Origin: Promineifilum sp.
GTDB lineage: Bacteria > Chloroflexota > Anaerolineae > Promineifilales > Promineifilaceae
Length of the DNA: 64,000 nt
Direction: 5' to 3'
Assembly: GCA_020634335.1 (NCBI GenBank)
Contig: JACKBY010000013.1
Coordinates: 16,823 to 80,822, forward strand
In this document: piece after piece, positions 28,848-37,986 of the stretch
How positions within the stretch are numbered: the stretch's first letter is position 1
Layout: every line of letters starts with the position of its first letter
Notes under the pieces: model-generated
What the model saw: only the letters and a program-made list of their open reading frames with translations
Told to the model about the DNA's origin: nothing
The model's database searches: none
Translations under genes and position numbers: made by a program

Positions 28848-28883
28848 GTATGGTCACGCGAGTGGTTCGACGGCCGCCGGCAC

Positions 28884-31800
28884 TTAATTGCGCAAGATGG
28901 TCGGCAACAGAATTCTCTGCTGGCCGTCCGTCGGCCCCTTGATCTTCAGATTGACGGTCGCCACATTCGAAAGCTGACCGTTGCCGGCCTGATATGTGAA
29001 GCTATCCACACCTGCATAGCCTTCGTCGGGAACGTAGGTGAACGCCCCATCGGCATTTAGTGTTACTTCCCCGTGACTGGGCTTCGCGCCTATCTTGGCC
29101 GTCATGACCCCCGACAGGGGATCGACGTCATTGGCAAGCACGCCCGGCGCGGGAATCGTCAGTGTCTCGTCGACGTTCAGTTCGTAGGCATCGTCCACGG
29201 CGACCGGCGGTCCGTTGGGATCAAGAATGGTGATCACGACCGTGGCCGTGTTCGATGACAATCCGTTGCTGGCCTGATATGTAAAGCTGTCCTGCGCCGA
29301 ATAATCGAAGGAGGACGTATAGCTGAATGAGCCATTGGCATTGAGCGTTACAACTCCTTCGATCGGTTCGCCAATCAGGATCGCCTCCAACGGCAGTTGG
29401 CCGGGACTTTTATCATTGCCCAGGATGCCCGGAGCCGGAACGATCAAGGTCTCGCCAATGGCGACTGTGTAGCTGTCATCCACGGCCGTCGGCGGCACCA
29501 GGGTCACGTCAATGGTTACGCGCGCCACGTTCGACGCCAGGCCGTTGTCGGCTTTGTAGGTAAACTCATCGATACCCACAAATTCATTATCCGGCGTGTA
29601 GGTGAAGCCCCCGTTTGCCTGTAGCGTGACTTTGCCGTGGGCAGGTGATTCGACCAGGACTGCCGTCAGCGGATTGGAAGACGGATTATCGTCGTTGCCC
29701 AGTACGCCAGGCAGGTTAACCTTTAATGGGGTATTGATCGACGTGCTGAAGTAATCCGGTTTGGCCAGCGGCATGCCGGAAAAACGGTAATCGTCGGCAT
29801 GGAGAGAGGCGGGCGCGACGTTCTTAAGCAGGATCGAATCTCCGCCCGGCAGACTGATCAATGTGTCGCCTTCCTGAGCCTGAACGGTCAGGTCGCCGGG
29901 TTTCAGGGTGCTGCGGGCGCTAAAGTCGAGTACATCATCGCTCTCGGGGCCGGGCGTGAAATCCGTGATGATGTCATCGCCGCTTCCAGTCCGGAAATAG
30001 AAGGTGTCATTTCCCCGCCGGCCGGTGAAAGTATCGTCTCCCCCGGCCCCCTCCAGCCAATTATTCAGGGAATCACCTACTAGCGTATCGGCCAATGGTG
30101 AGCCAATGACTCGCTCGATAGAGCGCAATGAATCGCCTGTGGCGTTGCCGCCGGTGGCGACGCCGGTGAACAAGTTGATGCTCACCGCGCCGGGCGATCC
30201 CGCATAGGAGGCGGTATCTTGGCCGGTTCCGCCGAGTAAACGGTCGGCATCCATCCCGCCGATGAGGACGTCGTTGCCGGCTCCGCCCTTTAGCACGTCT
30301 TGCCCGGCGCCGGCGTCGACCTGATCATTTCCCCGATGTGCCAGCATCACGTCATCTCCCGAAGTGCCGGTGAGTGAGTCGACATTTGGTGTTCCCGGGT
30401 GTGTCACCGGCAGACTGATGCCAAGCGTAGGCCCACCCTGGATCAGATAGGTGTAACCTGTGTCATTGTTCACACCCGGGCCGGCGTTCGGCGCGCCGAT
30501 GAGAAATTCGTCATAGCCGTCGCCGTTCATGTCGCCGGCCGAACTGATGGTTTGTCCGGTTTGATCGCCGGCCACGGCGCCATCCAATCGGAATCCTCCG
30601 TCACCCAGGGTGTCGAGCGATAGAGAAGCATCAAAAGTGGTACGGCCTAGTACGACGTAGGTTTTTCCGGAGAATCGCATGCTGCCCGTGCCGGCGGTTG
30701 ATGCGCCGATAATGAGGTCTTCCAATCCATCGCCATTCACGTCGGCCGCGCCGACGGCCGTGCCCGCCTCGCCGTTTGCCTCATTGCCGACGAGGCGAAA
30801 ACCGTTTGAACCGTTCAAGCTGGATAAATTAAACGTAGTCGAGTATGAAGATTGTCCAAACACGACGTAGGCCTCGCCCATGTGGGCGGCGGCATAGGGC
30901 GCGCCGATCACCAGATCGAAGCGACCGTCACCGTTCACGTCGCCCGCCGAGGCGATTGACCGGCCGGCGTTGTCGCCTTTGGCAATCCCCTCAATTTTGA
31001 AACCGTTACTGCCGTTGATCGCCGACAGGTTAAATTTGGCTGTGAAGTTCGGTTGGCCGAAGATGATATAGATGGTTCCAGTGTCCAAAGAACGGCCGGT
31101 CAGATAGCTGCCGGCAACAACGGCGATGTCATCGTAGCCGTCCTGGTTCAGATCGCCGGCCGATCTGAGAATCTTGCCGGTCGAGCTTTCGGCTGCCACG
31201 CCGTTGATCAGAAAGCCGTCCGAACCGTTCAGTGTGTTCAGGTCGATTACCGGCGGGAATGAATGACGGCCCATCACGGCAAATGCCTGGCCCACCCACT
31301 CTTTCCCGCCGACTGTAGCCTCCGGCGCGCCGATGAGCATGTCATCGTAGCCGTCGCCATTGATATCCCCGGCCTGTGCCACGCCGGCCCCCGTCCGTGC
31401 ATCGATCACGATCCCATCGATTCGAAAGCCGTTAGTCCCGTTCAATGTCTCCAGATTGAGTTGAGCCGGAAATGTGGCTCGGCCGAAAATGACATAGGCT
31501 GCACCGGCATCTTCGATGTCGTCGTCGGCCTCAACCCCAGGCGCGCCGATGATCAAATCGTCATAGCCGTCTTTGTTGACGTCGCCGGCTCCACTAACTG
31601 CGTATCCGACTTCATCGTTGAAGGCGAGGCCACTTACGCGAAAGCCGTTGCTGCCGTCCAGATCGTTAAGAGAGAGAGAGCTTGGGTTGGCTGCCCGACC
31701 CAATATAACGTAGGCCTCGCCCGCGCTCTGCGTGCCGTTGGGAGAAGCCGACGGCGCACCGATGATGAAGTCATCTAACCCGTCACCATTGATATCGCCG

Positions 31801-32075
31801 GCGTTTCGCAACGATCGTCCCGCCTGATCGCCGTCGCTCCGCCCCGTGATACGGAAGCCGTTCGGGCCGTTCAATGAGCCCAAACCGATCACGACGTCGG
31901 CGGTTTGATCCTTGTTATATCCACTTCCAAGCGCATTTCCGGTCGTCAACAAACAAATAAACAGGGAGGCGAGGCTCATATAATAGATACGCCTCGACAG
32001 GCTGAAATCGCTGCTACGGCCGCTGCGCTCGCGCATGGCGAACGTGCTGAAATGGATCAATTGAGTGATTTTCAT
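28884..32075 (-). CDS. large secreted adhesin-like protein: FG-GAP/integrin-alpha propeller, RTX-like Ca-binding repeats, three cadherin-like/Ig repeats
   Basis: repeated AGDxNGDGxDDxIIGAP; GGAGNDVLIGG-type repeats; three PxAxxDxY...GVLxND...GxFTYxP...DxFTY units. Confidence 0.9.
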   Translation of the reverse strand: MKITQLIHFSTFAMRERSGRSSDFSLSRRIYYMSLASLFICLLTTGNALGSGYNKDQTADVVIGLGSLNGPNGFRITGRSDGDQAGRSLRNAGDINGDGLDDFIIGAPSASPNGTQSAGEAYVILGRAANPSSLSLNDLDGSNGFRVSGLAFNDEVGYAVSGAGDVNKDGYDDLIIGAPGVEADDDIEDAGAAYVIFGRATFPAQLNLETLNGTNGFRIDGIVIDARTGAGVAQAGDINGDGYDDMLIGAPEATVGGKEWVGQAFAVMGRHSFPPVIDLNTLNGSDGFLINGVAAESSTGKILRSAGDLNQDGYDDIAVVAGSYLTGRSLDTGTIYIIFGQPNFTAKFNLSAINGSNGFKIEGIAKGDNAGRSIASAGDVNGDGRFDLVIGAPYAAAHMGEAYVVFGQSSYSTTFNLSSLNGSNGFRLVGNEANGEAGTAVGAADVNGDGLEDLIIGASTAGTGSMRFSGKTYVVLGRTTFDASLSLDTLGDGGFRLDGAVAGDQTGQTISSAGDMNGDGYDEFLIGAPNAGPGVNNDTGYTYLIQGGPTLGISLPVTHPGTPNVDSLTGTSGDDVMLAHRGNDQVDAGAGQDVLKGGAGNDVLIGGMDADRLLGGTGQDTASYAGSPGAVSINLFTGVATGGNATGDSLRSIERVIGSPLADTLVGDSLNNWLEGAGGDDTFTGRRGNDTFYFRTGSGDDIITDFTPGPESDDVLDFSARSTLKPGDLTVQAQEGDTLISLPGGDSILLKNVAPASLHADDYRFSGMPLAKPDYFSTSINTPLKVNLPGVLGNDDNPSSNPLTAVLVESPAHGKVTLQANGGFTYTPDNEFVGIDEFTYKADNGLASNVARVTIDVTLVPPTAVDDSYTVAIGETLIVPAPGILGNDKSPGQLPLEAILIGEPIEGVVTLNANGSFSYTSSFDYSAQDSFTYQASNGLSSNTATVVITILDPNGPPVAVDDAYELNVDETLTIPAPGVLANDVDPLSGVMTAKIGAKPSHGEVTLNADGAFTYVPDEGYAGVDSFTYQAGNGQLSNVATVNLKIKGPTDGQQRILLPTILRN

Positions 32076-32295
32076 TTGGTACTACCTTTTGTGATTTATC
32101 TTGGCTATAACCGCCGGGATTGGCTCAGCCACCACATCGGCCTCCAGGCCGATACCGGCAATGGTATCAAAAAAACGCGGGGAACCAATTGTACAGCCGG
32201 AATTCATTCTTGTGACCCACGTGCCGGTTGTGAGATAATTCGCTATCTTCTATGGAGTATGGTTTGTCAGCAGACAAGGAATTGGAACTAAGTAT

Positions 32296-34059
32296 ATGGG
32301 CGAATTTGCAATCGATGGACTGGAGCCCAACAAGCACCGCTCGGCAATCAGATGGATTCTCTCCCATTTGCGGCGGCAGTGGCAATTGTTTATCGTCATG
32401 TTCTTCGGTGCTTTTGGTAATGCTGCATTGGCCGCGGTCATGCCTATCCTGATCGGTATCGCCTTCGATGCTGCGCTGGCCTCGCCGCCTAACCTCAATA
32501 CTATCGGTATGGCTGCTCTGGGTATCATCGCCAGCCAAACTTTGCGCGCCATCTTGCAACTGGGGCGGAACTTTGCCAGTTCGGTCATCGGTGAGCGCCT
32601 GGAACGGGATACCCGACACGAGCTTTACGTCAGCCTGTTGGGCAAGAGTATGACCTTTCATGACCTCCAGCCGGTCGGTGATACCATGGCCAGGGCCACC
32701 AATGACGTGCGCGAGCTCAATTTGATGATGTATCCTGGCATTAATCTGGTCGTCGGCTCGGCCAACTTCATGATTATGCCTCTCTTGGTGGCCCCTCGCT
32801 ACCACTGGCAACTGATGCTGGCGCCACTTTTCTTCATCGTGACCTACGTGCTGGCTCTGAGCCAGTATATGAACGTGCTCGCCCGCATTGCCGACCGGGT
32901 GAGGTTGACCTTCGGCGTGTTGAACGCGCGACTGGCCGAGGCAATTGATGGCATCGAGATGGTGAAATCTACGGCGCAGGAGGGGGCTGAAGTCGAACGA
33001 TTCGCACACAATGCCCATGCCTTTCGCGATGCGACTGTGGCTCAGGGGCGAGAAGAGGCCAAATTCCTGCCCCTCTTACTGTTGGGCATCACCGAGGGTA
33101 TTGGTTTTGCCCATGCCCTATTGCTCCTTCAGGCCGGGCAGCTTCAGGTGGGCGACGTCGTCGCCTACATGGGTCTTTTGTCACTCTTTGGTTTTCCCAC
33201 CAACATTTCCCTGATGGCCTACTCGCGCGTGTCTCTGGGCATGGCCGGGGCCCGACGCATCCTGGAATTGATCAACTCCGAGACTGATCTGCACGAAAAT
33301 CCTGACGGGTATTCTGAACCCATCGAGGGGGAAATACGATTTGAGAACGTGACGTTCGGCTACGTGTCGGACGTAGATGTACTGAGTGACGTTTCCTTCT
33401 CCGTGCGGCCGGGGCAAACGGTTGCCGTCGTGGGCCAGACCGGCGCGGGCAAGAGCACCCTGACCAAGCTGATCAACCGGACTTATGATGTCAATGAGGG
33501 CCGCGTATTGGTCGATGGCGTGGATGTGCGGGACTGGAGTCTGGCCGCATTGCGTCGCCAAATTTCGATTATCGAGCAGGACATCTTCCTGTTCTCCCGC
33601 ACGGTTGCCCAGAATATCGCCTTTGGCGCGCCGGAAGCGACCCGGGAAGCGATTGAGGCGGCCGCACGCGCGGCTCAGGCCCACGAATTTATTCTGGGCT
33701 TCGAAGACGGCTATGAGACCGTTGTCGGTGAGCGTGGTGTTACCTTGTCCGGTGGGCAACGCCAGCGTATTGCCCTGGCGCGGGCTTTTCTGACCCACCC
33801 GCGTATCCTTATCCTTGATGATTCGACCAGCGCTGTCGATAGCGAGACGGAGGATCAGATACAGCGCGCCATCCGCCACGCTTCCGAGAATCGCACCACT
33901 TTTCTCATCACTCATCGCTTGTCGCAGATACGATGGGCTGACCTGGTATTGGTGTTACGCAAGGGGCGGCTGGAGGCGGCGGGCGATCACCTGACGTTGA
34001 TGGAAACATCGCCGGCCTATCGACTCATTTTCGACCAATACGAGCTTTCTAACAGCTAG
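32296..34059 (+). CDS. ABC exporter half-transporter (TMD+NBD), degenerate Walker B
   Basis: [24 protein letters not shown]; paralog of 11847. Confidence 0.92.
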   Translation: MGEFAIDGLEPNKHRSAIRWILSHLRRQWQLFIVMFFGAFGNAALAAVMPILIGIAFDAALASPPNLNTIGMAALGIIASQTLRAILQLGRNFASSVIGERLERDTRHELYVSLLGKSMTFHDLQPVGDTMARATNDVRELNLMMYPGINLVVGSANFMIMPLLVAPRYHWQLMLAPLFFIVTYVLALSQYMNVLARIADRVRLTFGVLNARLAEAIDGIEMVKSTAQEGAEVERFAHNAHAFRDATVAQGREEAKFLPLLLLGITEGIGFAHALLLLQAGQLQVGDVVAYMGLLSLFGFPTNISLMAYSRVSLGMAGARRILELINSETDLHENPDGYSEPIEGEIRFENVTFGYVSDVDVLSDVSFSVRPGQTVAVVGQTGAGKSTLTKLINRTYDVNEGRVLVDGVDVRDWSLAALRRQISIIEQDIFLFSRTVAQNIAFGAPEATREAIEAAARAAQAHEFILGFEDGYETVVGERGVTLSGGQRQRIALARAFLTHPRILILDDSTSAVDSETEDQIQRAIRHASENRTTFLITHRLSQIRWADLVLVLRKGRLEAAGDHLTLMETSPAYRLIFDQYELSNS

Positions 34060-34066
34060 GGGAAAT

Positions 34067-34291
34067 ATGGCACCGCTCGTGTACTATTGCCGTTGGCGAG
34101 GAGCCCGGCTTCAATTACAAGGTCGCGATGGACACCAGGTATGGGGTTGGCTGGCGCTTTCGCAGCAAGAGGGCGGCCGTATTCCTTTCCGCTTCAACAC
34201 GAACACCTGGGAGCTGACTCTGGGCGCGGGCGAGCACGTCGAGCAGTGGCAATTGGACGAAATGGGCGTTGTCGTTCCGGCCGACTCCTGA
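34067..34291 (+). CDS. small hypothetical protein
   Basis: 74 aa ORF with GGGGA SD filling the gap between the ABC gene and the convergent RSH gene. Confidence 0.5.
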   Translation: MAPLVYYCRWRGARLQLQGRDGHQVWGWLALSQQEGGRIPFRFNTNTWELTLGAGEHVEQWQLDEMGVVVPADS

Positions 34292-34298
34292 TCGTCGC

Positions 34299-36617
34299 TT
34301 ATGACCAGTGTCGTCGCTCTACCTTGATCACCTTGTGCAAATTCCCGAGTTTGGTCATGAGCCAGTTAAGCTGATTGATATCGGCCACTTCGGCGATCAG
34401 GTAAACGGTCATCAGGTTATCCGAGGTTACCAGCTTGGTCTTGGGCACGTTGATCTGCTGCCCGCGCAAGGTGGAGACCAGATCTTCTATGAGCGTGCCG
34501 CGCCGGTAGGCGGTAACGACAATCGGGATGGGATACCGTTCATCTTCCGTTCCCCACTCGACCTCGATGAACCGCTCCGTGTCGCGGATGTTTTGCAATT
34601 GAGGACAGTTCCGCGAGTGGATACTCACGCCTTGTCCACGCGTGATGTAGCCGACGATGGGATCGGGTGGCAGTGGATTGCAGCAGCCGGCAAAGCGGGT
34701 GTATAAGCCTTCGACGCCGCGAACCGTCAGGCCTTTGCGCTTAGGGGAAGGGGGCTTGAACAGGGGCAGCAGTTCTTCGTCCTCGGCGCGCAAGGACTGC
34801 TGCATCAGGGCGATGGCACCTGTAATTTTGACGGCGTGAATATCCCCGAAGCCGACCTTGGACAGGAATTCGTCCAGGTCGTCGAATTTGAGAGCCCGGC
34901 CAATGTCTTCCACGGTAAACACGTCAGTTAAGCCCAGCCTTTTCAGCTCGCGCTGGACGACTTCGCGTCCCTGCTCGATATTTTTTGCGCGCTCCTGTTG
35001 CCGGAACCATTGGCGGATTTTGCTGCGGGTGCGGGAGCTGCCAGTGTAGCCCAGGCTGGGGCTCATCCAGTCGCGACTTGGCCCGCCTCGCTTGCCCTCG
35101 ATGATCTCGACCTTGTCGCCGGACTGTAGCTGGTAATCGATCCCGACTGGTTTGCCGTTGACACGCGCCCCACGACAACGGTGGCCCAGTTTGGTATGGA
35201 TGTGATAGGCAAAATCGATCGGCGTCGATCCGGCCGGAAGATCGAGCACTTGTCCGGTAGGGGTATAGACGTGGATTCTTTCGTCCGGTTTATCGACTTC
35301 GATAAAGTTTTCGCCGTCTTCCTCGTCTTCCTGAAGGTTGACCAGCAAGTCTCGAAGGTTTTGTATTTGTCTTTGGGCGGCCGAACTAACGGCGTTTTGT
35401 TCCTTATAGGCCCAGTGAGCGGCGATGCCGCGCTCGGCTTCCTCGTGCATGCGCAACGTGCGGATTTGCACTTCCAAAACCTGTCCCGTTTCGGAATTGA
35501 TGACGGCCGTGTGCAGCGACTTGTAACCGTTGGGCTTGGGCGAGGCGATGTAGTCGTCGAATTCGCCTTGAATTGGTTTCCACAAACTGTGAACAGCGCC
35601 CAGTACCTGATAGCACAGATCGCGCTCCAGGTCGTCCCGCTCCTTTTTGGTTCGGGTGATCTGTCGCTTATCCCCAGGCGTTTGCTGATTGCCTTTTTCG
35701 TCCTGAGCTGTCGTCGTTTCCTGGGGCTCGATAATGACACGGATAGCTTCGATATCGTATATCTTGCTGACGTCCTTTACCCCCAGACCCTTGCGCTGCA
35801 TCTTGCGGTAGATCGAATAGATATGTTTGGGCCTCCCGGTGACCGTGGTCTTCAGCCCCATGTTTTTTAACCGCTTTTGCAGGCGATTGGCCGCCCGTTC
35901 GACCTTCATCCCGCGCGACGCTTTGTCTTTGTCCACGTGGCGGGCGATAGCCAGATACTGGTCCGGCTCCAGGTAGCTGAACGCATTGTCTTCCAGTTGG
36001 GATTTCAAATGCCAGATACCCAGCCGATTGGCCAGGGGCGCATAGATTTTCATGGCTTCAAAGGCCACTTCACGCTTCATGGCCGGGGGCATTCTGTCTG
36101 CGCGCCGCAAGTCTTGCAGACAATCGATCATTCGAATGACGATGATACGAATATCGCCGTCGATGATCGTCAGCAACGCCTTGCGGATGGCTTCCAATCC
36201 GTCCTGGTTGGGGCCGGCGCCACCTGTGGCTTCGTTTTCCAACCACTTGCGACCGGCATCCTTCGAATGGTTGTCTAATGTATTGATGCCTTTAATAAGG
36301 CTGGTGACTTCGTGGCCGAACCGGTTCGCTACTTCTTTCTCCGAAACGTTCGTGAAGGGCTGGAGGACATCGTGCAGTAAGGCCGCGATAATGGTGTCCG
36401 CGTCCTCGATGCCCAACTCTGCCAAGGAGGCGGCCACTTGTTGCCCGTGCTCCAGGTAGGTTTCCCCGGATGCCCGCTTTTCGTCGCCAAAGGCCTTGGT
36501 GGCGAACTGCAACGCGTTGTGAATTCGTTCTCGTTCTGTGTCATTAGCCTGACGCGGAAAGAGCTTTTTTGGCAGTCCTTCCGCGACAAGTTCCGCGACC
36601 TGTATCATGAGGCACAT
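34299..36617 (-). CDS. relA: long RelA/SpoT homolog (HD-SYNTH-TGS-ZFD-ACT); start uncertain 36608-36620
   Basis: IYAPLANRLGIW, GRPKHIYSIYRKM, EFDDYIASPKPNGYKSLHT, EVQIRT, TPIDFAYHIHT, AGCCNPLP. Confidence 0.93.
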   Translation of the reverse strand: MCLMIQVAELVAEGLPKKLFPRQANDTERERIHNALQFATKAFGDEKRASGETYLEHGQQVAASLAELGIEDADTIIAALLHDVLQPFTNVSEKEVANRFGHEVTSLIKGINTLDNHSKDAGRKWLENEATGGAGPNQDGLEAIRKALLTIIDGDIRIIVIRMIDCLQDLRRADRMPPAMKREVAFEAMKIYAPLANRLGIWHLKSQLEDNAFSYLEPDQYLAIARHVDKDKASRGMKVERAANRLQKRLKNMGLKTTVTGRPKHIYSIYRKMQRKGLGVKDVSKIYDIEAIRVIIEPQETTTAQDEKGNQQTPGDKRQITRTKKERDDLERDLCYQVLGAVHSLWKPIQGEFDDYIASPKPNGYKSLHTAVINSETGQVLEVQIRTLRMHEEAERGIAAHWAYKEQNAVSSAAQRQIQNLRDLLVNLQEDEEDGENFIEVDKPDERIHVYTPTGQVLDLPAGSTPIDFAYHIHTKLGHRCRGARVNGKPVGIDYQLQSGDKVEIIEGKRGGPSRDWMSPSLGYTGSSRTRSKIRQWFRQQERAKNIEQGREVVQRELKRLGLTDVFTVEDIGRALKFDDLDEFLSKVGFGDIHAVKITGAIALMQQSLRAEDEELLPLFKPPSPKRKGLTVRGVEGLYTRFAGCCNPLPPDPIVGYITRGQGVSIHSRNCPQLQNIRDTERFIEVEWGTEDERYPIPIVVTAYRRGTLIEDLVSTLRGQQINVPKTKLVTSDNLMTVYLIAEVADINQLNWLMTKLGNLHKVIKVERRHWS

Positions 36618-36807
36618 CAATGCCCGACGGCCGTCGTTTGGGCCGTCGAGCCAATCTATTCATGCTGTGTAATTCGTTAATAGAGACCGCTCTAACCGGA
36701 TCGGCAGTCTACAGTTCAGGAGCAACGCGGCTGGATGCGAAGCGATGTTGTCCCCGGGTGATGAGATCGTTACCGAGCGCGGGGAGGGTGCGCCCGACGA
36801 CAGACGC

Positions 36808-37173
36808 TCAGGCGGAAGCCGAAGCGTCGGCTATGTCGGCATTCAAATCGTCGACGGCCTGTTCTACTTGTTCCTTGGCCTGCCCCGCTTGGTCCTTGCC
36901 GGCATCCAGGACGATACGCACCTGGTCCTGGACTTGTTCGGTAAGGTTCTGCGCGCGGCTACGGGTGTCTGAAAAGATGGCATTTGCCTTGTCGCGGTAT
37001 TCTCTCGTATAGCTGTCGGCCGAGTGGCGTAACTCATCGCTGGTCGAGATGATTTGGTGTCTCGTTGACTCGCCGGATTGCGGTGCCAGGATGAGCGCCG
37101 TCGCCGCGCCAACCAGCGCGCCGATGACAAAACCGGCCAGGAATGAGCCGAGTTCGCTTTCATTATTTTCCAT
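36808..37173 (-). CDS. YtxH-domain protein
   Basis: FLAGFVIGALVGAATALILAPQSGESTR; AGGAG SD. Confidence 0.88.
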   Translation of the reverse strand: MENNESELGSFLAGFVIGALVGAATALILAPQSGESTRHQIISTSDELRHSADSYTREYRDKANAIFSDTRSRAQNLTEQVQDQVRIVLDAGKDQAGQAKEQVEQAVDDLNADIADASASA

Positions 37174-37193
37174 TTCAATTCTCCTAAAATCGA

Positions 37194-37658
37194 CTACTTA
37201 CCCAGATTGCGCCGTGGATCGCCGAATAGTGTCAACACGCCACGCCGCAAACCGGCCATATAGCTGCTGGCTTTGGTAACCGGCCCCATCACATTTTCGC
37301 TCATGAAAACAGTGGTGCCGCGGATTGTGCCCAGTGTATCGTTCGTCTTCAGCAGGATCGGTTTTAACTCAAACTCGAGCATGTTGATCAGGCGAATGAT
37401 GCTTATCAATAACAAGATAAGGACGATGCCCGACAAGCAAGACATGATCCCCAGGGTGATAATGAATATATCGCGTACGACGATGATCGTATCGGCATAG
37501 TTCAGCGCCAGATAGACCAACAAGGCGACAAACAAGGTCGCTACGATCAGGCTGACGACAACGCCGACAACAATATACTTGACTGGAACAAGCGGTTCAC
37601 GCGGGACGATCTCTTCAGTTACTGCGGGTGAGACCGGATAGGGTGCTTCATTCATCAT
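37194..37658 (-). CDS. membrane protein, YtxG/DUF948-like by position
   Basis: two to three TM helices then ELKPILLKTNDTLGTIRGTT; directly upstream of the ytxH-like gene. Confidence 0.7.
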   Translation of the reverse strand: MMNEAPYPVSPAVTEEIVPREPLVPVKYIVVGVVVSLIVATLFVALLVYLALNYADTIIVVRDIFIITLGIMSCLSGIVLILLLISIIRLINMLEFELKPILLKTNDTLGTIRGTTVFMSENVMGPVTKASSYMAGLRRGVLTLFGDPRRNLGK

Positions 37659-37710
37659 ATAATCCCCAAACAACTAGTATAGCAGGAATATATGCCCGCC
37701 CCAATTGTCC

Positions 37711-37986
37711 TCATGAATCCTGCCCTACCAGCCACCAGACGGCCAGCAGCGCCAGCCATGCCCCCACACTGGCGCTAACCAGGTGAATCTTGCCCAATTT
37801 CAATAACTCGAAGTTCAGAAAATCGCCTATAAATTGGCCGATGAAAAAGCCAATCCACGCGGCCATCAGATAGGCAATGATTCGCCGTATCGGCCCGCCA
37901 AAGACGAAATGGAAGGCCGCCCCATAGATGCTGGCTAACAGTAATCCCAATACCAACCCTGAGGCCGAGCCTGGTATGGATATCAT
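37711..37986 (-). CDS. small membrane protein, hypothetical
   Basis: 91 aa, three Gly-rich hydrophobic helices; ATG overlaps the mnmA stop. Confidence 0.7.
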   Translation of the reverse strand: MISIPGSASGLVLGLLLASIYGAAFHFVFGGPIRRIIAYLMAAWIGFFIGQFIGDFLNFELLKLGKIHLVSASVGAWLALLAVWWLVGQDS

